Source: Rhizodiscina lignyota
Taxonomy: Eukaryota
Assembly (NCBI GenBank): GCA_010015805.1
Contig: ML978135.1
Coordinates: 558,001 to 622,000 of the forward strand
Direction: 5' to 3'
DNA: 64,000 bases
In this document: in pieces, positions 11,782 through 23,649 of the stretch
How the letters are laid out: every line of letters begins with the position of its first letter
How positions within the stretch are numbered: position 1 is the stretch's first letter
Notes under the pieces: model-generated
Told to the model about the DNA's origin: nothing
Database searches by the model: none
What the model saw: only the letters and a program-made list of their open reading frames with translations
Made by a program: the position numbers and the translations under genes

Positions 11782-12636
11782 ATGGCTTCAGCGGGGTCCG
11801 GTTATGGCTCGATTGCGCGCACGGGGAATGGGCAGCCTCAAAGACCGTCCGACGAAGAAAGTTCACCACTCCTTGGGAGGCCAAAGGACTCCGAGCCTTC
11901 GTATGCGAAACGATTCCATCGCCACATGACTAGAGATATATCTACTCGTCGCGGCGACCTACTCCTGCTCGTGTGCTACGTCATTACCGGCCTTCTGGAC
12001 AGTTCCTCGATCTCTATCTGGGGCTCCTTCGTGAGCATGCAGACCGGAAATACCGTGTATATTGGACTTGGACTGTCAGATCCCTTCGGTGGGACGCGTT
12101 GGCTCAAAGCTTTAACCTCTCTTGGATTTTTCTGCATGGCTTCCTTCATCTTCGCCAGATACCACCGCTTCTTCTCTCCACGAAAGCGATGGGTCCTGTT
12201 CTCTTCCTTCGTCTTCCAACTGTTTTGCATCATTGGCGCCGCTCTCATCATCACGCTGGAAAAGACTGATACGGACGCACCGGGAGGTGAACTGCGCTGG
12301 CAAATTCTTGTCCCGATCGCAATGGTTGCCTTCCAAGCGGGAGGACAGGCCGTCACGAGTAGAGCGCTGAAATTCAACGCCCTAACGAGCGTGGTGTTGA
12401 CAAGTATCTACTGCGACCTCTTCTCGGACGCGAAACTGTTTGCAGCGCCAACGCAGAACGTGGAGAGAAACCAAAGGATGGCTGCGCCGATTTGTGTTTT
12501 GATTGGAGCGATTGGTGGCGGCCTCTGGTCGCAGAGCGAAGTCGGAATCGCGGGAGCTTTGTGGACTGCTGCCATATTGAAGGTGTTCCTGGTTATCGCA
12601 TGGCTGCTGTGGAAGTCGGAGAAAGAGGAAGACTGA
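11782..12636 (+). CDS. DUF1275 / YoaK-family multi-pass membrane protein
   Basis: Family-type motifs TGLLD, FVSMQTGNT, AFQAGGQ, TSVVLTSIYCDL. About 6-7 hydrophobic segments. Single exon. Confidence 0.85.
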   Translation: MASAGSGYGSIARTGNGQPQRPSDEESSPLLGRPKDSEPSYAKRFHRHMTRDISTRRGDLLLLVCYVITGLLDSSSISIWGSFVSMQTGNTVYIGLGLSDPFGGTRWLKALTSLGFFCMASFIFARYHRFFSPRKRWVLFSSFVFQLFCIIGAALIITLEKTDTDAPGGELRWQILVPIAMVAFQAGGQAVTSRALKFNALTSVVLTSIYCDLFSDAKLFAAPTQNVERNQRMAAPICVLIGAIGGGLWSQSEVGIAGALWTAAILKVFLVIAWLLWKSEKEED

Positions 12637-13902
12637 TGTATGATGGGATCGGCAAAGTGGAAATGCATTTGGAAGGTGTCACGTTCTGCGCAGCTGTAAG
12701 CATTTCCGGTCAGGAGCCAGCCGCTTGATTGTGTCAATGAACACAATGGAACTCATTCAGCAATTTAGACATTCGGGAGCGCAAGTGTGAGATATATCCA
12801 GACGGCGCATTCCATGCTCTTCAAGCCTTGCATGGTATGCATCTAGAACTAGAGAAATAGAAACGCCAGTAATGGAGTCAGACTTTACCACTTCATCACC
12901 AACAGTAGGCTGCTATAAGGTGGCCTTGGTTACCACGCCGCCCTGTCAGCTCTCTTGGGTTCACACAAACACGGCGAGCATTCTGAAATAATTAATGCAT
13001 CAGGAGTAGCATTTGCCTGACCCGGAACGCTTGTTGCGTTCAACCACCAAAGCGGATCAAGCGAATACTCATCGAAAACATCGTCCACGGAAGCGAAACT
13101 CTCCGAAGTGCGAACCGACAACATAGAAGCATCTGAGGACGAGCCGGAACTTCTGCTTCCCAGTTTGGCCGTGGCCGCGGCGGTCGGTGATAGCTCAAAG
13201 TACGCATTTTCAAATCTCTAGCCTCGCCTCGAAGGTATCAAGAGGGCGACCAGGAAATTAGATAACAAAGCGTACAGGTTTTCCAATGGTTCGCTATTAC
13301 TTAGTATACTCCGAAGAACGTATAATGGAGCTTTCAGAGACCGTCTCAATTAATATGAGAAGAGCGACGTGTTACAACTTAGTTGGCGGTCAAGGAATTT
13401 ATCACCCACGAAGGTGTCAAGCTGGGAATTCAGAATCGGAAAAAGACAGGGAGCTGGGAAGGAACTAAAATCGTGTCGCCCCATCTTAGCAATTCGCGTT
13501 CACAGATGGACGGGCACTGGCATGCGCGAGCTCGAGGATAGAATTGATCAGCCTACTTTTGCCTCAGAGGAATTATCGAAAACTCAAGGAAATGCCCAGG
13601 TCAATATGATAACTCCGCATATCCAAAACCACTATTCACCGGAACGTACTTTTCCAAGTGCAATTCCCTTCGATCAATTTCCTTTCGACTCCGTCTGGGT
13701 TGGATGGACGATCAATTTCGCCAAAACGCCAACCGAGGTGAGATACGCAAAACCGCCAACCAGAAGCGACCAATCAGTTGAAGAGATCCAAGTCCTCCCA
13801 TTTCAAAGGACTCCTAAGATGCCTCCTTCTAGTTGTCATTATAGGTTGAGGCATCTTCGGGACCGCCTTTGACATCTGCAACGGGGCCGTCTCTTCCCTC
13901 TT

Positions 13903-14475
13903 CTAGGGAAGTTCCAAACTCTGCATGACACGCTTGAGACTCTCAAGAGCAGGTTCAATGGTGGTTCGGTATTCCCAGCATTCCTGGAGGTCGCTCTCCA
14001 GTGCAGAGATGCGAGATTCCATGGTGTGCAGTTTATTCTTCCCCGCAGAGACCTCCTGTCTTAAGGCGCCCTTCTCTTCTAGCAGCTTTATATTTGATAA
14101 CTTCAAGCGAACAATTTCCCCACGTTGCTGGGAAGCTTTCTCCTGGAGCGATCGTGATTCTTCCTCCGAGCTCTTCTTGAGACTGTTAAGCTCCCTTTCC
14201 AGGCGCTCGGCGTCCGCCCGCGCTTTCTGAATGTTGTCCAGGGCATCTTTGAGCAAGTCGACATTCTTCTTTGATGTTGCGATGCTCTTTGTCCTCGTTT
14301 CAATGGTTTGCTTAAGCACAACCTCGGACTCTTTCAATCTCCACATGTGGATGAATGCTTCCTTTTCAGAAGACTCCTCAGAAGACTGGCGCTTCTGCCT
14401 CTTCACGTGAGGATTTTCTTGCTCAGAGTAGTCACTGGTACTGCGCTTCAGTGTCATCTTCACAGTGGACGTCAC
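13903..14475 (-). CDS. Hypothetical coiled-coil protein with basic NLS-like N-terminus
   Basis: LKRS...KRQKRQ followed by ~130 aa of E/K/L/R-rich heptad pattern. True start may be the ATG at ~14457. Confidence 0.6.
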   Translation of the reverse strand: MTSTVKMTLKRSTSDYSEQENPHVKRQKRQSSEESSEKEAFIHMWRLKESEVVLKQTIETRTKSIATSKKNVDLLKDALDNIQKARADAERLERELNSLKKSSEEESRSLQEKASQQRGEIVRLKLSNIKLLEEKGALRQEVSAGKNKLHTMESRISALESDLQECWEYRTTIEPALESLKRVMQSLELP

Positions 14476-15547
14476 GATGTTGAACTGGCCCTTCTAAAAT
14501 GTTAACAATGTTCAGTGGAGAGTTGTCGTTACTTACTGGTTCGTCACGTTATACGTGGACGGTACGTGACTGATGGTTTTGCTTTTTTCGCTGGCGATCT
14601 AACGATGCTGGACTTCTTTACCCGAGCTGGGAGATGAATGTTGGTATCTTGAGAGTCTTGAGGCAAGATGAAGAGAGTTGATGTGAGCTTTTGAAGAACA
14701 GGAGTTTGTGGGGATTCGGGAAACTTGTCTCAGCGAGTGAATATGTTCCGTTAGCGCGGTCCACGGCAGCAGTAAATTGTAATTGACGGTATATCTGTTT
14801 CACTCAGGCTGTGTCTTGCGCGGTAATGATAGACATTTGAGAACGAGCTCAGAAGTGAAGGAACTGAAACTTGAGAGATGGAAGTTGTTGAAAGCTTAGC
14901 GCAGGATGTGTAAGAAGATATAGATATCGATGCTATAAGAACTGGATGAGACAACCATCCAGTGGGTGACAAAATAATTGAGTTGTGGCTGCAACATGTC
15001 GAGCTACGAGGATGTATATCCTTTAGCAAATTATACATATTAAAGCTGTGTATTTTGGATTGATACGCTCTGGTATATGTTTAATCGAGTTTTCAGAAAT
15101 GCTCTCGCTTGTGCTGAAGAATAAACCGGGTTCTTACTACAGCCGTTAGGTCAATCGGGCTCAACAATTTTTCACTCGGTCAAAGGGAGTGAGTAGAAAA
15201 CAAAGTTGGTGAAAATAAGTAGTTCATTCACGTTAAGTAGTGTGGGCTCGCCATGAAGGTACGCTGATAAACTCTACTCATGCTTTTCTTTCATTGCATG
15301 TCCGTATCAAGCTCATCCTCATTCCCGCGTATCAAAATCAGCCTTTCCGCCGATTATCCAGTAATCTCCAGACAAAGTGAACGAAATGTCAAAATGGATT
15401 GAAACCATTGGACGCCCTTATTACCATCCTCGCGATCCACTTCGAGGATATGTTACATTCTGTTCTGCAAACGGCAAGTCGCTACGATTTGTCCGCTTCG
15501 TCCTTCACATCGTTGCTTGGACTTGGGGGAACGCGCTCCCGTTTGAC

Positions 15548-16479
15548 TTAATCCTGATAGTACAGGATCGACCGGATGCGCGAGAGCTGGTCCAATTCAC
15601 GGAAGCGATCATCTTGAAGCGCAGCCACCCTAGCCAGGCTAGCCTGATGCAACCTATGTAATTCGTCGCCTTGCCTCTCGAGCTCCTCCAACTTCGCCCA
15701 GAAGTTATCGAGGTCCTCATCTCGCTCTTTGATCAAAACCACCACCTCGTCGAACGCGTTTAGCAGGGCATCATTGTCGGCCCGCAGGCTATCGTTTTCC
15801 TTCTTCCGGCGCTCCAGTTCTTCATGAGAGCTTTTCATGAGCTCAGTATCGGCTTTCAAGTGCGCCTTCTCGGATGTCCAGAGTCCCTTTTCAGCCTTCA
15901 AGTGCTCGTTCTCAGACGTCAAGCGCTCCTTTTCCGCCTTCAAGCGTTCGCCTTCGGCTTTCAAGGTCACGTTTTCGGATTCAACGCGCTCAATATTTTG
16001 CAACGCTTCTTCCATTGAGGTGAGATTCTTGGCCATGGTGTCCATTGTCTTTCTGTGCCTTTGCACTTTACTCATAAGCGCATGCTTGGAACGTTGGAGA
16101 GGGGTGTCGGTGTCGTCGGTATTCTGTCTCGGTCGCTTCCCAGCCAGTTCGTTATCCTCGAATGTACCCGAGCCGCCGCGCTTCAATTGCGGAGCTGTCG
16201 CATCATGACCTTGGTCCTGCTTCTTCAATAATACTATGAATTGAAACGTGATATGCCATAACAGCATATAACCCAGGAAGCAACAGAGCCTTTATCCCCA
16301 TCAGAGGAGTCGGGATGTTGTGTTTCACCAGATCAATAACACTTCATACACCTATGCGAGGGACTTACAGTCATGCTCTTGCCCAGTTTTGGACCCTGAT
16401 GAGGTGCGGGCGTATCATATTCGCTCGGTAAATCACTGAGCTCAGAGTCGTCATCGGAGAAGTCGTGGTCGGTGCCCAT
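15548..16479 (-). CDS. Hypothetical coiled-coil protein, probable paralog of 13903..14475
   Basis: Exon 1 16369..16479 (MGTDHDFSDDDSELSDLPSEY...), GTAAGT donor, in-phase CAG acceptor at 16217-16219. Then LKRGG...KRPR and a long coiled coil. Confidence 0.6.
15835..15965 (-). repeat. Degenerate 21-bp coding tandem repeat (heptads LKAExEx)
   Basis: LKAEGER LKAEKER LTSENEH LKAEKGL WTSEKAH LKADTEL; TTCAAG recurs on the + strand at 21-bp multiples. Confidence 0.6.
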
Positions 16480-16840
16480 TTTCTCTGCAGTCTCGTCGGA
16501 AGTCGTGTAAAGGAAACGCAGTGGAGGAAGAACAGTGTCGGCGTCGAATATCTGGTACGATGATTTCAGAGTCGTGAGATGACTCAAAGCTTCAGCTTTA
16601 CGAAACCACCTGGTTGTGTTATTACTGAAGTGGTGGAATGGAAGATGATAGCAGAGGCGTTGTAGTTGGAAGATGTTCGAGGTCCAAGCCAGATACAGGG
16701 CTAAAACGACGCTAGTGAACAGGACATGTTTGTGTTCGTGACGTAGTTCGGTAGTCTCCGGTAATCTCGCATGACATATCATTCTGCTTTTCTTGGCTAT
16801 TAACTGATGAAATGGCGTCATGTGAGGCGCTAACACTGTG

Positions 16841-17992
16841 TTAATCAGAGTCTTGGCTGTCTTCGCCTTCAGCATCCTCGTCTTCAGAATGTTCCTCGTC
16901 CCAATCTTCATCATCCTCTTCATCAAAGGAGTTGCCATCACTTGAGTCTTGAAAGTCTTCAACAGTGCCAACGGGTTGCATGCGTTTCGCTTTGTCCTCC
17001 TCCGGCATCTCGCCTTTCTTCCAAACCCACCGATCAACAACCACAACATACTCAACAGTATCACTATCTCCATGGTGCCCCCACGTCTGGCCGGCCAGCT
17101 TGCTTGGCCCGTTCCATTTCCATTCTTCTAGCTTCGTATCGGCAGCGCTCAAGTGATTGCCATCCTGAACTGCCAGTTTCCAGTCCTTGTTTCTCGCGAC
17201 GATTGCGTCAAGCTGGGACTTCTTCCAAGCGAGCGTCTCGTACTCGACACAGAGCTCTTTCAGGCCAGGAGGGCCATCAAACCGCGCGAGCCATTCTTCC
17301 GACATACGGAGGTCCTCGTTGGACTCCCAGTACCACCAATCTGAGTAGCGGAATGTGATCGTGAGCCTCTTTGGCCTGAAGTTCCGAAGGCGGAAGATTT
17401 TCGCCAGATTACTGCCATCCTCAATCCAGTACATTTGAGTGAAGAAGTGAACCGATGTAAGGTCCTCAACGTTCTCGTTGCTCAAGCCTCTTGTGAAAAA
17501 ACGGATACAATCTGCGGTTCCTGCCCTGCCTGGTGGACCACGGGACGCTCCAAACCAAAAGGGGTGCTCTGCCTCTCTCATCACGGCTCTCCGACTTTCA
17601 CAGTAGATGAGTTTGCATGTTTGCAGCAGTGCACATTCGACCTTCTTGGATGCCTCGAATCCTGGCCGATACCAGTACGAGTCTTCGCTGTAATGCTTCT
17701 CAGGATCCGGATCGTCGTATGGGACCAACATCCACTTGAAAATCTCATTTCGCAGCTCTCCCGGCAGTTTGTTGAACAATGGGGACTGATGTTGCGGATT
17801 GCAGTCTTCGTACGTAAGGTTGGCGAGACTCTCCTGAGCAGCCATGACTCGGGCTCTTCGCTTGGCAACCCTGCGCTCCCGGACAACGATTTTGGCCTTC
17901 GTTTCGGTGCGAGACCAGATGCGTATAATTGATCGGATAAGCCAAGACTGTAGGAAGATATGTCCGATTATGGAGAGAAAATGAATTGGCAT
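16841..17992 (-). CDS. Hypothetical protein with F-box-like motif and acidic tail
   Basis: QSPLFNKLPGELRNEIF and LLQTCKLIYCE motifs typical of fungal F-box-like families. D/E-rich C-terminus. Start codon uncertain. Confidence 0.75.
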   Translation of the reverse strand: MPIHFLSIIGHIFLQSWLIRSIIRIWSRTETKAKIVVRERRVAKRRARVMAAQESLANLTYEDCNPQHQSPLFNKLPGELRNEIFKWMLVPYDDPDPEKHYSEDSYWYRPGFEASKKVECALLQTCKLIYCESRRAVMREAEHPFWFGASRGPPGRAGTADCIRFFTRGLSNENVEDLTSVHFFTQMYWIEDGSNLAKIFRLRNFRPKRLTITFRYSDWWYWESNEDLRMSEEWLARFDGPPGLKELCVEYETLAWKKSQLDAIVARNKDWKLAVQDGNHLSAADTKLEEWKWNGPSKLAGQTWGHHGDSDTVEYVVVVDRWVWKKGEMPEEDKAKRMQPVGTVEDFQDSSDGNSFDEEDDEDWDEEHSEDEDAEGEDSQDSD

Positions 17993-18599
17993 ACTTAGGA
18001 GTCGGGAGAAGAGGCGAGAGGAGAGAGTTTATATGTAGGACTACGCCGCCGAGGGATGTCGATAAACAAGCTGCTAATGGAGGAAATATGCCGCTTCCCG
18101 CGTTCAAGTCACCGACGGACTGAATGATTGGCCAAGAAGGCGTAGTTGCCTGCGGGAACTGGGGTTGTTATATACGCGAAACTGTGATGTCAAGGCAGCG
18201 ACGACTTCGCCACCTGGAGATCCATTCTCGGCCAAATTCCAATAAAGGGGCCTGGTCCGATATTTACCCGAATATCACGTGCTATGTGGAGTGATGGCAA
18301 CTTGGAGCTAAGTATTGAAATATTTCGCGCTAATAGCCTAGCGCGTAATTTTCGAACAATGCTCCCAGTGTTGGAGCGTGTCAGTGGATTGCTATCATCT
18401 CAGACAGGGTGAGGTTATTGTATTGTTCGGAGTGGATTCAACTGCATATACAGAGCTGGGAATCTTCGTAATCTACATCATCATCATATCTCAAGCCTAA
18501 ATCATCCCACAAGAGCTTTGTACTCTGTACTCTGTGTTCCGTCCCTCGCTTGCGCCTATGTTCCGTTTGCATTACTCACAGTCGATGGAAAGTCAGGAA

Positions 18600-21176
18600 T
18601 CAATGCTCCTTTCCACTCCTCAGCCGCCGGTAATCTGCGTCATGCCGCAAATACTTCTCCTGCCTCTCGTCTCCGTCCCTCAAGAACTCGCTCACAACAC
18701 CCGCCAGATAGCAGCTGAGCGCGAGCAAAGCGGCCGTTGTGAGCAACTTCTTGATGGCTCTACGTCGCACAAACCTGCGATATCTTCTTCTTATCGTTCG
18801 AGACTTCAAATATCTTCTGAGTTTCTCGTATTGCTCGTGCCCACCACGGCTTCCAGAGAACACTGGCTCGACTCTCTTAGGTCGAAGACCCTGGAATGTG
18901 GATGTCGTCGGGGACTGGAGCTTGGTGGAGTAAAATGGTCCAGCAGCAGCCTCAGGCTCATGTGCCTGTGTTTCAGAGGAAGAAGTCTCAATAGCTGAGG
19001 TCCTGCCAACAGCTGTGGGGTAATATGAAGGCGGTGAATCCTGAAGAGGTGAATCTTGAATAGGCATTCCCCAAGGCTTCTTGGAAGGTGAAGAAAGTGA
19101 AGCAGACACTTTTTTCTGCAAGGCCGATGCTGGTTCCGACACGTGCTGTGCCTTAGGCTGCAGTGTTTCCAGCTCTGGTCCTCCATCGAGCGAAGCTGGT
19201 GGCAGATCTGGAACGACTCCAAGAGACATATCTAAGTCAAGTGCTGTCTCCGCAGCTTGGGCATCATTCTTTCCAATATTGACCTGCTCTTCCAGTGCGC
19301 TGAGAGCCGGATCATGCATTGGGACACGTTCCTGACGATGTTTGGTGGTAATTGCTCCGTAACGGTCTTCATAGATTCCTCGAATCTCCTTCTCCAGCTG
19401 TACATCTTTGTTGGCTTGCTCTTGCACAGCTGGTGATGATTCCTGCGGCCTGTCATTGCGCTTATGCCACTTCTCTTCAATGCCTCTCATCGCCCTGCGT
19501 TGGCGCTCTACCTCATCATTCAATTTTCCAGCCATCTTCACCTTCTTCTCAACCAGGCTCTTGCACTTGCCGATGCCCTCTCGAACGTTGGCCATGCTCT
19601 CATGGATGTTCTCAATAAGCTGCTCCGCATCGCGGATTTTGGCAAATGGTCTCTTGTTCCACGCGTACCTGTCTAGACTTGGTTCCATGTGCTCCGGAGG
19701 ATCTGTGGCAGGAACCTTTGGGGCGCTCAAAACCGCGGCGGCGATTAAGTTAGACGCTGTAGCTTGAACCTTGGCATCAGCATCGAGGGTTGCCTGGAGG
19801 GTTTGAAAGTCCCTTGGTATAAGAGTAAGCGTGCCACGCTTCGCAAGCTCTTCACATTGCTGTCTCAAAGCCATGATATCCGCCAGAATCTTACTGCGCA
19901 GATCACCGTATTCCCGGAGCGCCTTTCTCGCTTTCTTCTCGCGTTCCTGGAAGTCTTTGGCGGCTTCCTTGAGTTGCTCTCTTTGAAGTTTCCACAAAGC
20001 GCTCTCTTCAACTGTGCGTTGTGGTACAGCATGCTGAATTGCTGGCCTTGCAATCGGCTCTTCTGGTGTTTGATGCATCTTATCAAACTGTGCCTCAAGT
20101 TGAGATCGTTTTTCAGCTTCCTGCTCAGCCGACATTTTCTGCGGCTCTTTCAAATGACCCATTCTAGCCCGAACATCGTCCGCTGTAAGAAGATCTTCGT
20201 CGTTCTCAGGTAGTCGAGGCTTCGGTGCCGGCGTTGGTTCATGAGCTTGGCTCTCATTCAAACCTTCCACTGAGAACGTGTCTGCCGAGATAGAGGAGGA
20301 ACTTGCACCCTCAGTTGTCTTGCTTATTGGTTTTGCATCATCTTTCTTTGTGCTGATTCTGACCTTCGGCTCGAAGGGCTTGACGGGTATCTCGACCCAC
20401 TCGTGCGATTCTTGGATGTTTGTAGGCTTATTTGGCACCATGCGGTTTGATATAGCATCGTATGCCCAGCCATCCTTGATTGAGTTGCCCTTGTTCCCCT
20501 GGTTTGCTAGTACTTGCTCCGTTCCCCTCTCCTTTCCGAGAAATCCATCCAAAAAGCCGTTTTGCTCCGGGTACTTCATACTAGAAGCTTGTTCCTTTGG
20601 TTGAGCGTGCTGCTTCTTCTTCTCCAACTGGGCTCGTACACCTTCCATCCGTTGTTTGACCTCCGACCGCATCAGGTCAAACTCCTTCGTCTGCTGCTCC
20701 CACAACCGTTTCCACTCAGCGCTATATGGTCCCCAGCGCCAGTCCAAGCCTTTCAGCATCCGATTGGAGGGTCCGAAGAGGCCTTCATACGGGTCTTTGT
20801 TCATAAACCGCTCGATCATCTCGCGTCGCATCTTCCACATCTTCTCCCTTGTGTTAAAAAACTCATCGCGCTCAACCACTGGCTCGGACTCGCCCTTGGC
20901 TTGATTATCGGCCTTTTTGGGACGCTGCTCAGTGCCATCGATCGGGTTGGGCGAGGGAGTCGAACGATTCCACGAGCTATATCGTCGAGGCGAGCGGCGG
21001 CAGAACCAGTGGAAATGCCTTGCTCGTTCAACTTGAAGGTTCGAGCTCCTGTTTGATAACTGTAGAGCCACGTTGTATGCCGCCGGAGCGAGCGATACCA
21101 CCGCTGCGGAAGTGAGGTGCGAGGTGGTAATCGCAAGGGCGCGGGGTGCGGCGAGGTGCAGCGTTGGAGGCAACAT
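18600..21176 (-). CDS. Conserved filamentous-fungal hypothetical protein, probably mitochondrial with a C-terminal TM helix
   Basis: Long single ORF with ATG at 21176. Arg/Ser-rich presequence-like N-terminus, blocks DPYEGLFG, YDAISNRMVP, RVEPVFSG, then a basic run and hydrophobic LLTTAALLALSCYLAGVVSEF. Confidence 0.8.
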   Translation of the reverse strand: MLPPTLHLAAPRALAITTSHLTSAAVVSLAPAAYNVALQLSNRSSNLQVERARHFHWFCRRSPRRYSSWNRSTPSPNPIDGTEQRPKKADNQAKGESEPVVERDEFFNTREKMWKMRREMIERFMNKDPYEGLFGPSNRMLKGLDWRWGPYSAEWKRLWEQQTKEFDLMRSEVKQRMEGVRAQLEKKKQHAQPKEQASSMKYPEQNGFLDGFLGKERGTEQVLANQGNKGNSIKDGWAYDAISNRMVPNKPTNIQESHEWVEIPVKPFEPKVRISTKKDDAKPISKTTEGASSSSISADTFSVEGLNESQAHEPTPAPKPRLPENDEDLLTADDVRARMGHLKEPQKMSAEQEAEKRSQLEAQFDKMHQTPEEPIARPAIQHAVPQRTVEESALWKLQREQLKEAAKDFQEREKKARKALREYGDLRSKILADIMALRQQCEELAKRGTLTLIPRDFQTLQATLDADAKVQATASNLIAAAVLSAPKVPATDPPEHMEPSLDRYAWNKRPFAKIRDAEQLIENIHESMANVREGIGKCKSLVEKKVKMAGKLNDEVERQRRAMRGIEEKWHKRNDRPQESSPAVQEQANKDVQLEKEIRGIYEDRYGAITTKHRQERVPMHDPALSALEEQVNIGKNDAQAAETALDLDMSLGVVPDLPPASLDGGPELETLQPKAQHVSEPASALQKKVSASLSSPSKKPWGMPIQDSPLQDSPPSYYPTAVGRTSAIETSSSETQAHEPEAAAGPFYSTKLQSPTTSTFQGLRPKRVEPVFSGSRGGHEQYEKLRRYLKSRTIRRRYRRFVRRRAIKKLLTTAALLALSCYLAGVVSEFLRDGDERQEKYLRHDADYRRLRSGKEH

Positions 21177-22165
21177 TTTCGAAGCTTCTTGTTCCGAGCT
21201 TGCTATTCGACCGGCGTTCCTTTGAGGTGAGAAATGGATATATCGATATCGAGGCGTTACCAAGGCAAACTTGACACGAGGCTGTGACGCGTAGAGCTCG
21301 GCTGGTGGAGGACAATCGGGAGGACCTTGGAGTCACAGCCGTACAGATCAGAAGATAACGGGCACTCCGACCATGATTGAAGAGCCCGAACCGAGCTCTC
21401 TGTCCTCGATCAAAGCCAAACAGATGAGATAACTTATGGGAAGTTCGGTAAATGAGAAGGAAGAGTGGATGAACTGAAGGTTGCTAATCACCGAGATGAC
21501 GCGGGGTACTACGATATCTCCATGCCGAATGGGGCAAGCCACGGTACGTCTCCTTAGTCCTAAAGCCTTCAGGACAACGACACTTCGATTGAGAAACCTA
21601 CATGTAAGTGTCGCTCTTCATTTCATTATGTATCCTCGGATTGTGTCAATCTGCCTTTTCTAGCTCTCATCCTCGGATTCATATCGTATCGAGCAAATCC
21701 GTTCAGCTTGATCCATACATGAACCATGCATTCTGCACTATGCAGTTGCTTCTTGTCGTCTCGTAGCATTTCCTTTGGCTTCTTCGCACCTAACACAGTT
21801 CGGTTCGGCGTTCAAAAAACCCTTTCCTCTCCCCGCAAATCCGAATCTCGCGACGCGAGATATCGAATGGGGCAAATGGTCAGGGGCAGTGCATCGTCCA
21901 AGAAACCTAAGGGAGCTAGCCTTAGGCAGCAGTGCTCCTTCTAGCAAATCACTGCCTTCAGAACCACGCATTTCACGCAATTGAGGAAAATGCTTCACAA
22001 AAAGTCACAGGATCACGCGTCGTGGTCGAACGCGTATCAAGATAATAGATTATTAAGGCACGCGCTGCACCACAATTCCTTTCTCACCTATCCGTACAGT
22101 CCTCACCCGGCACTTAAATTTATTCAAGCACGCAACAATCTCAGCTGAAAGTGTCCCCTGCCACA

Positions 22166-22662
22166 ATGATTGATCACTGCGGAATCCTCGTTGCCAAAGA
22201 GCAATTCGACGATATCGTCAAGTTCTACGTTGCTACCCTTGAGCCTCTGGGCTACAAAAAGCTCCACGAGTACGCAGGCATGGCCGTTGGACTTGGTGAA
22301 GATGGTGCAGATTTCTGGATTGGAGCGAAGGGCGACGCTGGCGGCCCGTCGGATCGTCACATCGCCTTCCGTGCAAAAGGTTTGTTCACTAATCCCTCAA
22401 TCTTCAATTCAGCTTCCCCTGCGCAGCTTAGCTGAGACTCACGTAGACCGTGCGACTGTGAAGAAGTTCTACGACGCAGCAATGACGGCTGGCGCGAAGG
22501 ATAATGGCGAGCCTGGCCCGAGGGCTCATTACCACGAGAATTACTATGGCGCGGTGAGTTTGACACTATACACGTAAGAGGGTACCTGTTGAAGGATCTT
22601 AGTTCATCCTTGATCCCCTCGGAAACAACATCGAGGCTTGCTGCCATCACCCGGAAGTTTAA
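22166..22662 (+). CDS. Glyoxalase/bleomycin-resistance (VOC) family protein, 3 exons
   Basis: MIDHCGI...FY...LEPLGY, HIAFRA, GAKDNGEPGPRAHYHENYYGA-FILDPLGNNIEAC. Two GT-AG introns. Confidence 0.9.
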
Positions 22663-23649
22663 AGTGACGATATTCTCGGTCCGATTGAACTGCTCTTTCG
22701 GCTTCCATTGCAGTGTTCGACGGAACTCTGCTCTTTCGCTCTTTTGCAGCTGATGGGTCGCAACGGCACACCGTTTTGTGTTCTATGATATCGTAAGATG
22801 TTTCTCAAACTCCTCGTTTGAACCAGACAAAGAAATCAAAAGTCTCAATGAAATCTAAGTTCCAGATCTTAGTGATTATGCCATCATCGAAGTGCATCTG
22901 TGATGGCCGAGATAACGCTGTGAAAGATGCGAATGGGCCCTCACACTTCCCTAACCGTAATTGATCCGCATTGGATGCTTGCCAACTACATGATCACAAG
23001 CCTCTGGAAGGGAGACGGGGTTGGATATTTGAGGTACGTTATCCAACACCACGTGTTGTAAACTCCAAATATTTTCCAATGGAGAAAAGAAATTGTTTAC
23101 CTCTGGATATGGCGAAATTCCTGGCATCTATGCACGATAAATGTTTTCTGTGGCCTAAAATAATTAACTGTCAACTGCCGAAAGCCGTCTCCGATAGTTT
23201 CCACGGCAATAACGTTTCAGCTTTTCCTGTCGGCAACACGGCATCAAATGCGTGTCAATTGCTCTTCAATGCCCTTCAAAATCCTCTGCCCATGGGGAAA
23301 AGGTCCCCGCATTGGGCTTCATCGTGGTCATTCATTGGGGTGAATCAGGGATGGAGCTCGCGCCTTCAGATATTTGTGCTCTGGCGGATGCTAACTCCCC
23401 GGTCAGGTTGGGGAATATGATGAACCATATTTAACCTTCATACCTAATTAATAGCTCCCATATTGTTACCTAAGTCTACAAGTACCTACGTAAGTAGAAT
23501 TTTGCTCTCTCCAACTTGCCGGATGACCCGATTCGGGCTAAATGCATCTTTCTTCCAGGTTCTGCCTTTATATCTACTCCATGCCTTGACGCTCATTAGG
23601 AGATGATGCAAGGCATTGAAACAAGTTCGATATAACTGCTTCAAAAAAC

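Noticed and set aside
12930..13290. Minus-strand frame interrupted by one TAG (possible pseudogene)
   Set aside because: No recognisable motif, and the frame closes again soon downstream; compatible with chance.
16333..17073. 246-aa minus-strand ORF in the track
   Set aside because: Composite: a shifted frame over the acidic tail of the 16841..17992 gene plus intergenic DNA; only its last part is exon 1 of the coiled-coil gene.
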